Positions 7,574 through 16,388 of a DNA stretch of 18,364 nucleotides are shown here, in pieces. A program made the translations under genes and the position numbers. Numbering within the stretch: the first letter of the stretch is position 1; each line of letters begins with the position of its first letter. The notes under the pieces are model-generated. The model made no database searches and was not told where the DNA came from. It worked only from the letters and a program-made list of their open reading frames with translations. Source of the stretch: Candidatus Krumholzibacteriia bacterium (GTDB lineage: Bacteria > Krumholzibacteriota > Krumholzibacteriia > LZORAL124-64-63); contig JAWOID010000136.1 of assembly GCA_046484865.1 (NCBI GenBank), forward strand, positions 1 through 18,364, written 5' to 3'.

Positions 7574-8521
7574 TTACGGCTCCACGGGCCGGCGGGTCAG
7601 ATGGATCTCGCGCGCCACCAGGCGCGCGGGCACCACGCCCGCGCGGGCCACCTGGCGCAACCCGCGGGGACTGGCGAGATAGGTGACGAACTTCCCCGCC
7701 TCGATGCCCCCGTTGCCGCGGGTGGCGGCATACAGGCGATGGTAGAGGGGGTAGTCGCCGCGGGCCACGTGCGCGTCGTCGGGAGGCGCCGGGTCCGCGC
7801 CCGGCGTGGCCCGCAGGGGCACGACCACGGCGCCGGGATAGCCCCCGGCACTGTCCGGCCGCGCCGGGCCCAGGCTACTCACCAGGCCCCAGGCGCCGGC
7901 GTCCTGCGCCACCGCGCTCGCCACCACCGTCTCGTCGCGCAGGAACACCACCGGCGAGCCGGCGAGAGGCTCGCGGGGAAGGTCCAGGCGTGCCCGCACC
8001 GCATCCCACAGGCCCTGGTTGGGATCGGCCAGGTAGATGCGCTCCACCGGCGATGCCGCACCGGCGAGTGCGGACCGCAGCTCGTCCGGAGTGAGCGCCG
8101 GCGGCGCCACGTCGGGATGGGCCAGCAGCACCGCCGCGCCCACGGCCACCGGCACCACCACCGCGCTGTCGCCGTGGGCGGCGCGGAAAAGGCTCTGCTC
8201 CTCGGGCGTGGGAGGACGGTAGAGGAAGGCCACACCGGTCTCGTCGCGGGAGAGCGCTTCGAGGGCATGGTTGGTGCCGCCGCCGGTCACCCGGACGGGC
8301 GTGTCCGGGTAGTCGTCGCGGTACTCCGCCACCAGGTGGTCCACCAGCCGTGGCGCCAGGTCGCGGCCGGCGACGGCCAGTTCCTCTGGACCGTCCGCCG
8401 TGTCCAGGAGCCGGCGCAGATCGGCCCGATCCACGCCGCCGCGGACCAGGAAGAGGACGGCGACGATCACCACGTAGGCGACCAGCCGGAGGCGGAACCA
8501 GGTTCTGCGGCGAGCAGCCAT
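7574..8521 (-). CDS. PstS-like periplasmic binding-fold protein, membrane anchored
   Basis: ATG at 8521, N-terminal TM helix. VTGGGTNHALEAL and GDYPLYHRLY resemble PstS/PBP_like_2 motifs. First gene of the TPR-exbB-exbD-exbD-tonB operon. Confidence 0.75.
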   Translation of the reverse strand: MAARRRTWFRLRLVAYVVIVAVLFLVRGGVDRADLRRLLDTADGPEELAVAGRDLAPRLVDHLVAEYRDDYPDTPVRVTGGGTNHALEALSRDETGVAFLYRPPTPEEQSLFRAAHGDSAVVVPVAVGAAVLLAHPDVAPPALTPDELRSALAGAASPVERIYLADPNQGLWDAVRARLDLPREPLAGSPVVFLRDETVVASAVAQDAGAWGLVSSLGPARPDSAGGYPGAVVVPLRATPGADPAPPDDAHVARGDYPLYHRLYAATRGNGGIEAGKFVTYLASPRGLRQVARAGVVPARLVAREIHLTRRPVEP

Positions 8522-8550
8522 GGCGCTCGATTTCTGCCGCCCGTTTTCTG

Positions 8551-8578
8551 TTGCCCCGGCCGGGGCGCGGCCTATAAT
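8551..8578 (+). promoter_or_regulatory. Sigma70-type promoter, probably for a leaderless transcript of the glucan operon
   Basis: TTGCCC (8551-8556), 16 bp spacer, perfect TATAAT (8573-8578). The ATG at 8585 lies 6 nt downstream with no RBS. Confidence 0.6.
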
Positions 8579-8584
8579 CGACCT

Positions 8585-10096
8585 ATGACACTCCGGCAGA
8601 CAGGGAGCCGGGCGACCGGCTCGCAGGGAGGTCGCCGGTGGCTCCTCGCGCCGGTGCCGCTGCTGTTGCTCGGCTTGCTGGGCGTGCTGAGCAGCGGCCT
8701 GTCGGGGAGCGCGTGCGGCCGCAACAGGCCTGGCGACGACGCGGCGGACTTTTCCTGGCCGCCGCATGAAACCGCTTTCATCCGCACCCTGCAAGCTCGT
8801 ACTTTCCTCTATTTCTGGGACCTGTGCAACCCCCAAACGGGTCTGGCGCCCGACCGCGCGCCCTCGCCGTCGTTCGCGAGCGTGGCCGCCACCGGTTTCG
8901 CGCTGACCGCCTATCCTGTGGGAGCCGAGCGCGGCTGGGTCACGCGCGACGAGGCCGCCCGGCGCGCACTGACCACGCTGCGATTCCTCTGGACGGCGCC
9001 GCAGGGGCCGGAGCCGACGGGCACCGCCGGCCACCACGGTCTCTTCTACCACTTCTTGGACATGCAGACGGGCGCCCGGTTTGGAACCGTGGAGCTGTCC
9101 ACGGTGGACACGGCGCTGCTGCTGGCTGGCGCGCTCTGCTGCCAGCAGTACTTCGATCGCGGCAGCGCGATGGAGGACAGCATCCGCGTCCTCGCCGACG
9201 CGCTGTACCGCCGCGCCGACTGGACCTGGGCGTCGCCGCGGCCGCCGGCCATCGGTCACGGCTGGAAGCCGGAGGAGGGGCATCTCCCCTACGACTGGCG
9301 CGGCTACAACGAGGCCATGATCCTCTACGTGCTGGCCCTGGCCTCGCCCACCCATCCGGTGGCGCCGGAGGCGTGGGAGGTGTGGACCTCCGGCTACCGC
9401 TGGGGCACCTTCCACGGCCAGGAGCATTTGGGCTTCGCGCCGCTGTTCGGCCACCAGTACAGCCACGTCTGGCTCGACCTGCGCGGTATCCGCGACGCCG
9501 CCATGCGCAAGCGCGACCTCGACTACTTCGAGAACTCGCGCCGGGCCGTACTGGCGCAGCACGCGTATGCGATGGAGAACCCGGCCGGCTGGCGCGGCTA
9601 CGGGCCGCGCCTGTGGGGCCTCACCGCCTGCGACGGTCCGGTGCACGGCACGTTCCTCATCGAAGGGCGCGAGCGCAGCTTCCACACCTACTGGGCACGC
9701 GGGGCGTCGTTCACCCGCGTGGACGACGATGGCACCATCTGCCCGTCGGCGGCCGCCGCGTCGCTGCCGTTCGCGCCGGACCTCGTGGGTCCCGTGCTGC
9801 TGGCCATGGCCGAGGACCACGGCGACCGGCTGCTCGGCCGCTACGGCTTCCTGGACGCCCTCAACCCCACGTTCACGCTGGACGTACCCGTGCAGCACGG
9901 CCGTGTGGACCCGGTGCACGGCTGGTACGACACCGACTATCTGGGCATCGACCAGGGGCCCATCGTGGCGATGATCGAGAACTACGAGAGCGGGCTGATC
10001 TGGCGCCTCATGCGCGGCAATACCGGCATCGTGCGCGGCCTGCGGCGGGCCGGTTTCACCGGCGGGTGGCTGGACAGCGTACCGGAGACGCCGTGA
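8585..10096 (+). CDS. GH144-like endo-beta-1,2-glucanase ('glucoamylase family'/DUF3131), predicted lipoprotein
   Basis: Motifs FASVAATGFAL, GLFYHFLD, ELSTVDTALL, WRGYNEAMILY, PLFGHQYSH, WGLTA, YGFLDA, LGIDQGPI. Lipobox-like SGSA-C. Confidence 0.85.
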   Translation: MTLRQTGSRATGSQGGRRWLLAPVPLLLLGLLGVLSSGLSGSACGRNRPGDDAADFSWPPHETAFIRTLQARTFLYFWDLCNPQTGLAPDRAPSPSFASVAATGFALTAYPVGAERGWVTRDEAARRALTTLRFLWTAPQGPEPTGTAGHHGLFYHFLDMQTGARFGTVELSTVDTALLLAGALCCQQYFDRGSAMEDSIRVLADALYRRADWTWASPRPPAIGHGWKPEEGHLPYDWRGYNEAMILYVLALASPTHPVAPEAWEVWTSGYRWGTFHGQEHLGFAPLFGHQYSHVWLDLRGIRDAAMRKRDLDYFENSRRAVLAQHAYAMENPAGWRGYGPRLWGLTACDGPVHGTFLIEGRERSFHTYWARGASFTRVDDDGTICPSAAAASLPFAPDLVGPVLLAMAEDHGDRLLGRYGFLDALNPTFTLDVPVQHGRVDPVHGWYDTDYLGIDQGPIVAMIENYESGLIWRLMRGNTGIVRGLRRAGFTGGWLDSVPETP

Positions 10097-11547
10097 GCCG
10101 CGCCAGACTCGCGCGGCTGCGCGCAGCGTGCGGCCGTGCGTGCGTGCGGCATGCGGCGGCCGCGGCGCTCGCGCCGGCGGCGCTCGCTCTGCTGGCCGCG
10201 GGCGGCTGCTGCGACGACGAGGGCGTGGTGACCCTGCGCTTCTGGGCCATGGGGCGCGAGGGAGAGGTGGTGCAGGAGCTGGTGCGCGACTTCGAGGCGC
10301 AGCACCCGGGCATCCGCGTGGAGGTGCAGCAGATCCCCTGGACCGCGGCCCACGAGAAACTGCTCACGGCGCACGTGGGGCGGGCCACCCCCGACGTGGC
10401 GCAGCTGGGCAACACCTGGGTGCCGGAGTTCACGGAGCTGGGCGCCCTGCGAGTTCTCGACGAGCGCGTTGCGGCCTCCGCAATCGTGGATCCCGCCGAC
10501 CACTTCGCGGGCATCTGGGAGACCAACGTCCTGGACGGGCGGCTGTACGGCGTCCCCTGGTACGTGGACACACGCGTGCTCTTCTACCGGGCCGATCTGC
10601 TGGCGGCCGTGGGCCACCGGGAGCCACCGCGGAGCTGGGAAGAATGGCGCCGCGCGCTGGCGGCGTACGCAGCCACCGGCCCCGATCGCTACGGCATCCT
10701 GCTGCCGGTGAACGAGTGGACGCAGCCCGTGATCCTCGGCCTGCAAGCCGGTTCGCCGCTGCTGTGCGCGCACGACACAGAGCCCGCGTTCTCGGGCCCC
10801 GACTTCCGGCAAGCGTTCGCGTACTACGTTGGCCTGTTCCGCGACGGCCTGGCGCCGCCCGTGAGCAACAACGAGGTGGCCAACCTCTACCAGGAGTTCG
10901 GACGGGGCACCTTCGCCATGTACGTCACCGGTCCGTGGAACGTGGGCGAGTTCCGGCGGCGGCTGCCGGAAGAGTTGCAGGGCGCCTGGGCCACGGCGCC
11001 GCTGCCGGGGCCGGACGCCACACGGTACCCGGGCGTGTCACTGGCCGGCGGCGCCAGCCTGGTGATCTTCCGGGGCTGCGAGCACCCCGATGCGGCCTGG
11101 CGCCTGGTGGAGTTCCTCGCGCTCCCCGAGCAGCAGACGCGGTTCTTCCACCTGACCGGCGACCTGCCAGCGCACCGCGCGGCGTGGCGCGACTCGGCGC
11201 TGGCCGCGGATCCCCGCGTGCAGGCGTTCTACGAGCAGCTCCAGAACGTGACCGCCACCCCGAAGATCCCCGAGTGGGAGCAGATCGCCACTCTGGTCTG
11301 GCAGCACGCCGAGGCAGCCATCCGCGGCGCCGTGAGCGAGGAGGCGGCCCTGGCCGCCCTCGACGCCGACGTGGCCCGCGTGCTGGCCAAGCGGCGCTGG
11401 ATGATGGAGCGGCGTGCAGATGCGGCCGGCACGGCGCGCAGCACCGGGGTGGCGGCCGGTGAGGGCACCGCTTACGCCGCCGCCGATGCCGCGGTCCCCG
11501 GCGCCGCCCACGTCACCGCCCACGCCCCCGCGAGGCGGGGCCCATGA
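10093..11547 (+). CDS. Sugar ABC transporter substrate-binding lipoprotein
   Basis: GTGA overlap with the upstream stop, lipobox-like AAGG-C, LRFWAMGREGE, PDVAQLGNTW, YGVPWYVDTRVLFYR. Exact start is uncertain. Confidence 0.9.
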   Translation: MSRARLARLRAACGRACVRHAAAAALAPAALALLAAGGCCDDEGVVTLRFWAMGREGEVVQELVRDFEAQHPGIRVEVQQIPWTAAHEKLLTAHVGRATPDVAQLGNTWVPEFTELGALRVLDERVAASAIVDPADHFAGIWETNVLDGRLYGVPWYVDTRVLFYRADLLAAVGHREPPRSWEEWRRALAAYAATGPDRYGILLPVNEWTQPVILGLQAGSPLLCAHDTEPAFSGPDFRQAFAYYVGLFRDGLAPPVSNNEVANLYQEFGRGTFAMYVTGPWNVGEFRRRLPEELQGAWATAPLPGPDATRYPGVSLAGGASLVIFRGCEHPDAAWRLVEFLALPEQQTRFFHLTGDLPAHRAAWRDSALAADPRVQAFYEQLQNVTATPKIPEWEQIATLVWQHAEAAIRGAVSEEAALAALDADVARVLAKRRWMMERRADAAGTARSTGVAAGEGTAYAAADAAVPGAAHVTAHAPARRGP

Positions 11548-12434
11548 GTGCCGGCCTGGTCCGCGTCCACCGGCGCGCGGCGCTGGCGTTCCTGGCACCG
11601 GCGATCATGTTGCTGACACTCTTCTTCGTCCTTCCGGTGGCGGCGGGCCTGCTGCTCAGCCTCACCGACTTCGACATCTACGCGGTGGCCGACCCCCGCA
11701 ACGCGCGCTTCGTGGGATTGCGCAACTACGCCCTGCTCCTCGGCGACGGCACCTTCTGGCGCGCGGTCACCAACACCCTGTTCTTCGTGGTGGCGGGCGG
11801 ACCGCTCACCGCCGGCGTGGCCCTGGGCGCGGCGCTGCTGCTGGACCAGCGCCTGGCGCGCCTGCGGGGGCTGTTCCGCACCATCTACTTCGCGCCCGTG
11901 GTGACCACGCTGGTGTCGGTGGCCATCGTCTGGCGCTACCTCTACCACCCGCGCTACGGGCTCTTGAACTGGGTGCTGGGCTGGTTCGGGGTGGGGCCCA
12001 TCGACTGGCTGGGCGACCCGCAGTGGGCCATGCCAGCCATCGTCCTGCTCGCCGCTTGGAAGAACTTCGGCTACAACATGCTGATCTTCCTGGCCGGGCT
12101 GCAGACCATCCCGCAGGAGCTGTACGAGGCCGCCTCGCTGGACGGCGCCGGACCGTGGCAGCGCTTCCGCAACGTCACCCTGCCCGGCCTGGCGCCGGTC
12201 ACGCTCTTCGTGGCCGTCACCACCATGATCGGCTACTTCCAGGTGTTCGCCGAGCCGTACGTGATGACCCAGGGCGGGCCGCTGGGGGCCACGCGCAGCC
12301 TGGTGCTGCTCATGTACGAGGAGGGGTTCCGCTGGTGGCGCATGGGCATCGCGTCGGCGGTGGCGGTGCTGCTGCTGGTGATCACGCTCGCCTTCACCCT
12401 GGTGCAGCTGCGGCTAGGACGGAGGTCGGCATGA
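11544..12434 (+). CDS. Carbohydrate ABC transporter permease (MalF/UgpA-like)
   Basis: Multiple TM helices and the EAA motif LYEAASLDGAGPWQRF. ATGA overlap. Confidence 0.93.
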   Translation: MSAGLVRVHRRAALAFLAPAIMLLTLFFVLPVAAGLLLSLTDFDIYAVADPRNARFVGLRNYALLLGDGTFWRAVTNTLFFVVAGGPLTAGVALGAALLLDQRLARLRGLFRTIYFAPVVTTLVSVAIVWRYLYHPRYGLLNWVLGWFGVGPIDWLGDPQWAMPAIVLLAAWKNFGYNMLIFLAGLQTIPQELYEAASLDGAGPWQRFRNVTLPGLAPVTLFVAVTTMIGYFQVFAEPYVMTQGGPLGATRSLVLLMYEEGFRWWRMGIASAVAVLLLVITLAFTLVQLRLGRRSA

Positions 12435-13255
12435 CGGGCCGCGCGGTCCGCTCGGTCGTGCTGCACCTGGCGCTCACCGCCGGAGCCGTGGTGGTGCTGG
12501 CACCGCTGGCGTGGATGCTGGCGGCGTCCCTCATGCGGCCGGGAGAGGCCAACGCGCTGCCACCGCCGCTGCTGCCGTCCGAGCCGACCCTGGCCAACTA
12601 CGTGACGCTGTTCACCCGGCTCAACATGGCCCGCAGCTTCCTGAACAGCGCCCTGGTGACGGTGCTGGCCACGGTGCTGTCGGTGGTGGTGAACTCGCTG
12701 GCGGGCTATGCCTTCGCCAAGCTACCGTTCCCCGGCCGCGAGCGACTGTTCACGTCGCTGGCCGCGGCCCTGGTGGTGCCGGCGCAGGTGGGGATGCTGC
12801 CGCTCTTCCTGCTGCTGCGCGAGCTGGGCCTCGTGAACACGTACGCGGGGGTGCTGGTGCCGTACCTGGCCAGCATCTACGGCATCTTCCTGATCCGGCA
12901 GTACGCGCTGGGCGTCTCGGACGAGCTGCTCGATGCCGCGCGCATCGACGGCGCCAACGAGCTGACGGTGTTCCGCCTGGTGGCGCTGCCCGTGCTCAAA
13001 CCCATCCTGGTCACCCTCGCGGCGTTCACCTTCCTCAGCGCCTGGAACGACTTCATGTGGCCGCTGATCGTCCTCTCCGACGGCTCCATGTACACGCTGC
13101 CGGTGGCGCTGGCCAACCTCATGGGCGAGCACGTGCAGGACACCGAGCTGATGATGGCCGGCTCGGTGGTGACGATCCTGCCCGCACTGATGGTGTTCCT
13201 GGTCTTCCAGCGCACCTACGTGCACGGGATCATGGCGGGGGCGGTGAAGGGATGA
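12431..13255 (+). CDS. Carbohydrate ABC transporter permease (MalG/UgpE-like)
   Basis: GGAGG RBS, ATGA overlap, EAA motif LLDAARIDGANE, AWNDFMWPLIV. Confidence 0.93.
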   Translation: MTGRAVRSVVLHLALTAGAVVVLAPLAWMLAASLMRPGEANALPPPLLPSEPTLANYVTLFTRLNMARSFLNSALVTVLATVLSVVVNSLAGYAFAKLPFPGRERLFTSLAAALVVPAQVGMLPLFLLLRELGLVNTYAGVLVPYLASIYGIFLIRQYALGVSDELLDAARIDGANELTVFRLVALPVLKPILVTLAAFTFLSAWNDFMWPLIVLSDGSMYTLPVALANLMGEHVQDTELMMAGSVVTILPALMVFLVFQRTYVHGIMAGAVKG

Positions 13256-16200
13256 GGCGTGGGCTGGTCGTGCTGGCGCTGGGGGGAGCGCTGCTCTTCG
13301 CGGGGGGCGGCTGCCGCAGCGACCGGGCGAGTGCGGCCGCGGCGCCGGCGATCACCATCGACGGCTTCGACGCCCCCGGTGACATCGCCGCCTGGACCGC
13401 CCACCCGGCCGACGGCGTGGCCATGGAGCTGTCGCGAGGCGAGGGCGCGGCCGGTGCCGCGGACGGCGCGCTGCGCCTGGACTTCCGCTTCACCGGCGGC
13501 GGCTGGGCCGTCGCGCGGCGAAAGCTGGACGTGCCGCTGCCCGCCGACTACGTGCTGCGATTCCGCCTGCGGGGCGACGCCCCGGCGAATCACCTGGAGC
13601 TGAAGCTGATCGACGAGAGCGGCGAGAACGTCTGGTGGCACGTGTGGCGCGACCTGGCGTGGCCCGCGGAGTGGACCACCTTCCGCGTGCGCAAGCGCGA
13701 CGTCTCCTTCGCGTGGGGGCCGCGCGGCGGCGGCGAGCTGGAGCGGGTGGCTGCGATCGAGTTCGCGGTCACCGCGGGCAGCGGGGGCGAGGGAACTGTC
13801 TGGATCGACGCCCTGGAGCTGGTGCGGCGCGAGCCGGTCACGGGCCCGCCGCCGGAGCCGGTGGCGAGGGCGTCGTCGGCCGCGAGGGGGCAGCCGGCGG
13901 CCGCGGCGCTCGACGGCGACGGCATCACTCCCTGGGCTCCCGCGGAGGACGACGACCGCCCGCAACTGACGCTGGACCTGGGCCGCCTCCGCGACCTGGG
14001 CGGATTGACGTTGGACTGGGCGCCGGACCGGCACGCCACCGACTACGTGGTGGAGGTCCTGGACGAGGAGGGCGCGTGGCGCACGGCCCAGTCCGTGACC
14101 GGCGCGAACGGCGGCCGCGACCGGCTCTACCTGCCGGACACCGAGGCCACCGGGTTGCGGCTGCGCCTGGAGCGGTGGCCCGGAGCGTCGCCGCCGGCAC
14201 TGGCGGAGATCGCGCTGCATCCTCCCGAGTGGTCGGCCACCCGCGAGGCGTTCTTCACCGCGGTGGCCGCCGACGCTGCGCGCGGGCTCTATCCCCGCAG
14301 CTTCACCGGCGAGCAGATCTACTGGACCGTCGTGGGCCAGGACCGCGACACGCGCGAGGGGCTGGTGAGCGAGGACGGCGCCGTGGAGGCGGGGCCGGGC
14401 CGCTTCTCGGTGGAGCCGTTCCTGACGGTGTCGGCCGGCGGCGTCGCAGCCGGCGGGTCGGACAGTGGCCGCGCGGCCGGCGTGGGCGGCCTGGTCACCT
14501 GGGCCGACGTGGAGATCGAGCACGCGCTCGTGGACGGCAGTCTGCCCATGCCGCGGGTGACCTGGCGGTCGCACCACTGGTGGATGGAGACCACGGTCTT
14601 CGCGGTGGGCGAGCCCGGGGCCTCGTCCCTGGTGGTCCGCTACCGGCTCGCGATGAGGCGGCACCGGCCGTGGCCGGTCTCGATGGAGCCCCAGGCCACG
14701 TTGCACCTGGCGGTGCGGCCCTTCCAGGTGAACCCGCCCACGCAGACGCTCAACCGCGCCGGGGGGACCGCTCCCATCCACTCCATCGCACACGCAGACG
14801 GCGCGGTTCTGGTGAACGGCGCGCCCGCGCTGGTCCCGCTCGCGGAACCGGACGCCTTCGCCGCGTCCACGTTCGCCGGCGGGGACGCGGTGGCCGACCA
14901 CCTGGGCCGCGGCGAGCCCCTGCCGGACGCGACCGCCGTGGACGACCCCTTCGGTGCCGCGTCGGCGTTGCTGTCGTACCGCCTCGCCGACGCTCTCCGC
15001 GACACCCTCGAGGTGGCCATCGTGCTGCCTCTGCACGCGGGCGCCTCGGTGCCTCGAGGCGTGCCGGTGGCGCAACTGCAAGCCGCCGCAGCAGAGGAGT
15101 GGCGCCGGCGCCTGGCGCCGGCGGAGGCTGCGCTCGCTGGGGTACCGTGGGGCGCGGACGGCGGCGCCGGCGATGGCCATGGCGACGTCCTCTCGCGCGA
15201 CGAGCTGGTGGCCACGCTGAAGGCCCAGCTCGGCTACATCCTCGTGAACCGCGCCGGGCCGGCCATCCAGCCAGGAGCGCGCTCCTACGCCCGGTCGTGG
15301 ATCCGCGACGGGGCCCTCACCGGCGCCGCTCTCCTGGACCTCGGTCACGCCGAGTCCGTACGCGACTTCCTCGAGTGGTACGCGCCGCACCAGTACGCGA
15401 GCGGCAAGATCCCTTGCGTGGTGGACGCGCGCGGGGCCGACCCGGTGCCGGAGCACGACTCCACCGGCGAATTCATCCACCTGGTGGCCGCGTACCATCG
15501 CGCCACCGGCGACCGGGACCTGCTGCAGCGGATGTGGCCGCGCGTGGTGGCGGGTATCTCATACCTGGAGTCGCTGCTGGAGGAGCGCCGCACAGCGGCG
15601 TACCAGGCGCCGGAGCTGCGGCACTTCTACGGGATCCTGCCCCCCTCCATCAGCCACGAGGGGTACTCGGCGGCGCCGATGCATTCGTACTGGGACGACT
15701 TCTGGGCGCTGCGCGGCTACCGGGACGCGGTGTGGCTGGCCGGCGAGATGGTGCGGCTGACGGAGGGCGTTGCACACGCAGGCCAGGCGCACGCGCTACG
15801 CGCCGAGGAGCACCGTCTGGCCGCGGTGCGCGACCGCTTCGCCGCCGACCTGGGCGCCTCGGTGGCCGCGGCCATGGCGCACCACGGCATCGACTACGTG
15901 CCCGGCTGCGCCGATCTCGGCGACTTCGACCCCACCTCCACCACCATCGCCCTCACCGTGGTGGATGCCCGCGACGTCCTGCCGCCGGGCGCCCTCGAGC
16001 GCACCTTCGAGCGGTACTGGGAGTTCTTCCTCCGCCGGCGCGACGGCGACGAGCGCTGGGACGTCTACACGCCCTACGAGCTGCGCAACGTGGGGGCCTT
16101 CGCCCGGCTGGGCTGGACCGACCGCGCGCGCGAGCTGCTCGCCTTCTTCATGGACCACCGCCGTCCCGAGGGCTGGCGCCAGTGGGCCGAGGTGGTGGGA

Positions 16201-16305
16201 CGCGAGGAGCGGCAGTCGCGGTTCCTGGGCGACATGCCGCACACGTGGGTGGGGTCCGACTACATCCGCGCCGTGCTCGAGTTGTGGGCGGCCGAGGCCC
16301 GCTGA
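13252..16305 (+). CDS. Multidomain lipoprotein: CBM-like + F5/8 type C (discoidin) + (alpha/alpha)6 glycoside hydrolase-like domain
   Basis: Lipobox-like AGGG-C. Jelly-roll-like N-terminal domain. F5/8C-like ALDGDGITPW...LTLDLG. C-terminal YARSWIRDG, EHDSTGEF, HSYWDDFWAL, GDMPHTWVGS typical of six-hairpin glycosidases. Confidence 0.8.
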   Translation: MRRGLVVLALGGALLFAGGGCRSDRASAAAAPAITIDGFDAPGDIAAWTAHPADGVAMELSRGEGAAGAADGALRLDFRFTGGGWAVARRKLDVPLPADYVLRFRLRGDAPANHLELKLIDESGENVWWHVWRDLAWPAEWTTFRVRKRDVSFAWGPRGGGELERVAAIEFAVTAGSGGEGTVWIDALELVRREPVTGPPPEPVARASSAARGQPAAAALDGDGITPWAPAEDDDRPQLTLDLGRLRDLGGLTLDWAPDRHATDYVVEVLDEEGAWRTAQSVTGANGGRDRLYLPDTEATGLRLRLERWPGASPPALAEIALHPPEWSATREAFFTAVAADAARGLYPRSFTGEQIYWTVVGQDRDTREGLVSEDGAVEAGPGRFSVEPFLTVSAGGVAAGGSDSGRAAGVGGLVTWADVEIEHALVDGSLPMPRVTWRSHHWWMETTVFAVGEPGASSLVVRYRLAMRRHRPWPVSMEPQATLHLAVRPFQVNPPTQTLNRAGGTAPIHSIAHADGAVLVNGAPALVPLAEPDAFAASTFAGGDAVADHLGRGEPLPDATAVDDPFGAASALLSYRLADALRDTLEVAIVLPLHAGASVPRGVPVAQLQAAAAEEWRRRLAPAEAALAGVPWGADGGAGDGHGDVLSRDELVATLKAQLGYILVNRAGPAIQPGARSYARSWIRDGALTGAALLDLGHAESVRDFLEWYAPHQYASGKIPCVVDARGADPVPEHDSTGEFIHLVAAYHRATGDRDLLQRMWPRVVAGISYLESLLEERRTAAYQAPELRHFYGILPPSISHEGYSAAPMHSYWDDFWALRGYRDAVWLAGEMVRLTEGVAHAGQAHALRAEEHRLAAVRDRFAADLGASVAAAMAHHGIDYVPGCADLGDFDPTSTTIALTVVDARDVLPPGALERTFERYWEFFLRRRDGDERWDVYTPYELRNVGAFARLGWTDRARELLAFFMDHRRPEGWRQWAEVVGREERQSRFLGDMPHTWVGSDYIRAVLELWAAEAR

Positions 16306-16388
16306 GCCCAACAGGACCGGCGCCACCGAGAGCGTCGATCCGCCCGTCACGCGGTCGTCTCGCTGGCCGCTCGCCGCCTCGCCTGCGG

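Noticed and set aside
7562..8584. Long N-terminal extensions of the GH144, PstS-like, binding-protein, discoidin and GH1 ORFs in the ORF track
   Set aside because: They overlap neighbouring real genes. Internal starts with signal peptides, RBSs or ATGA/GTGA coupling fit better.
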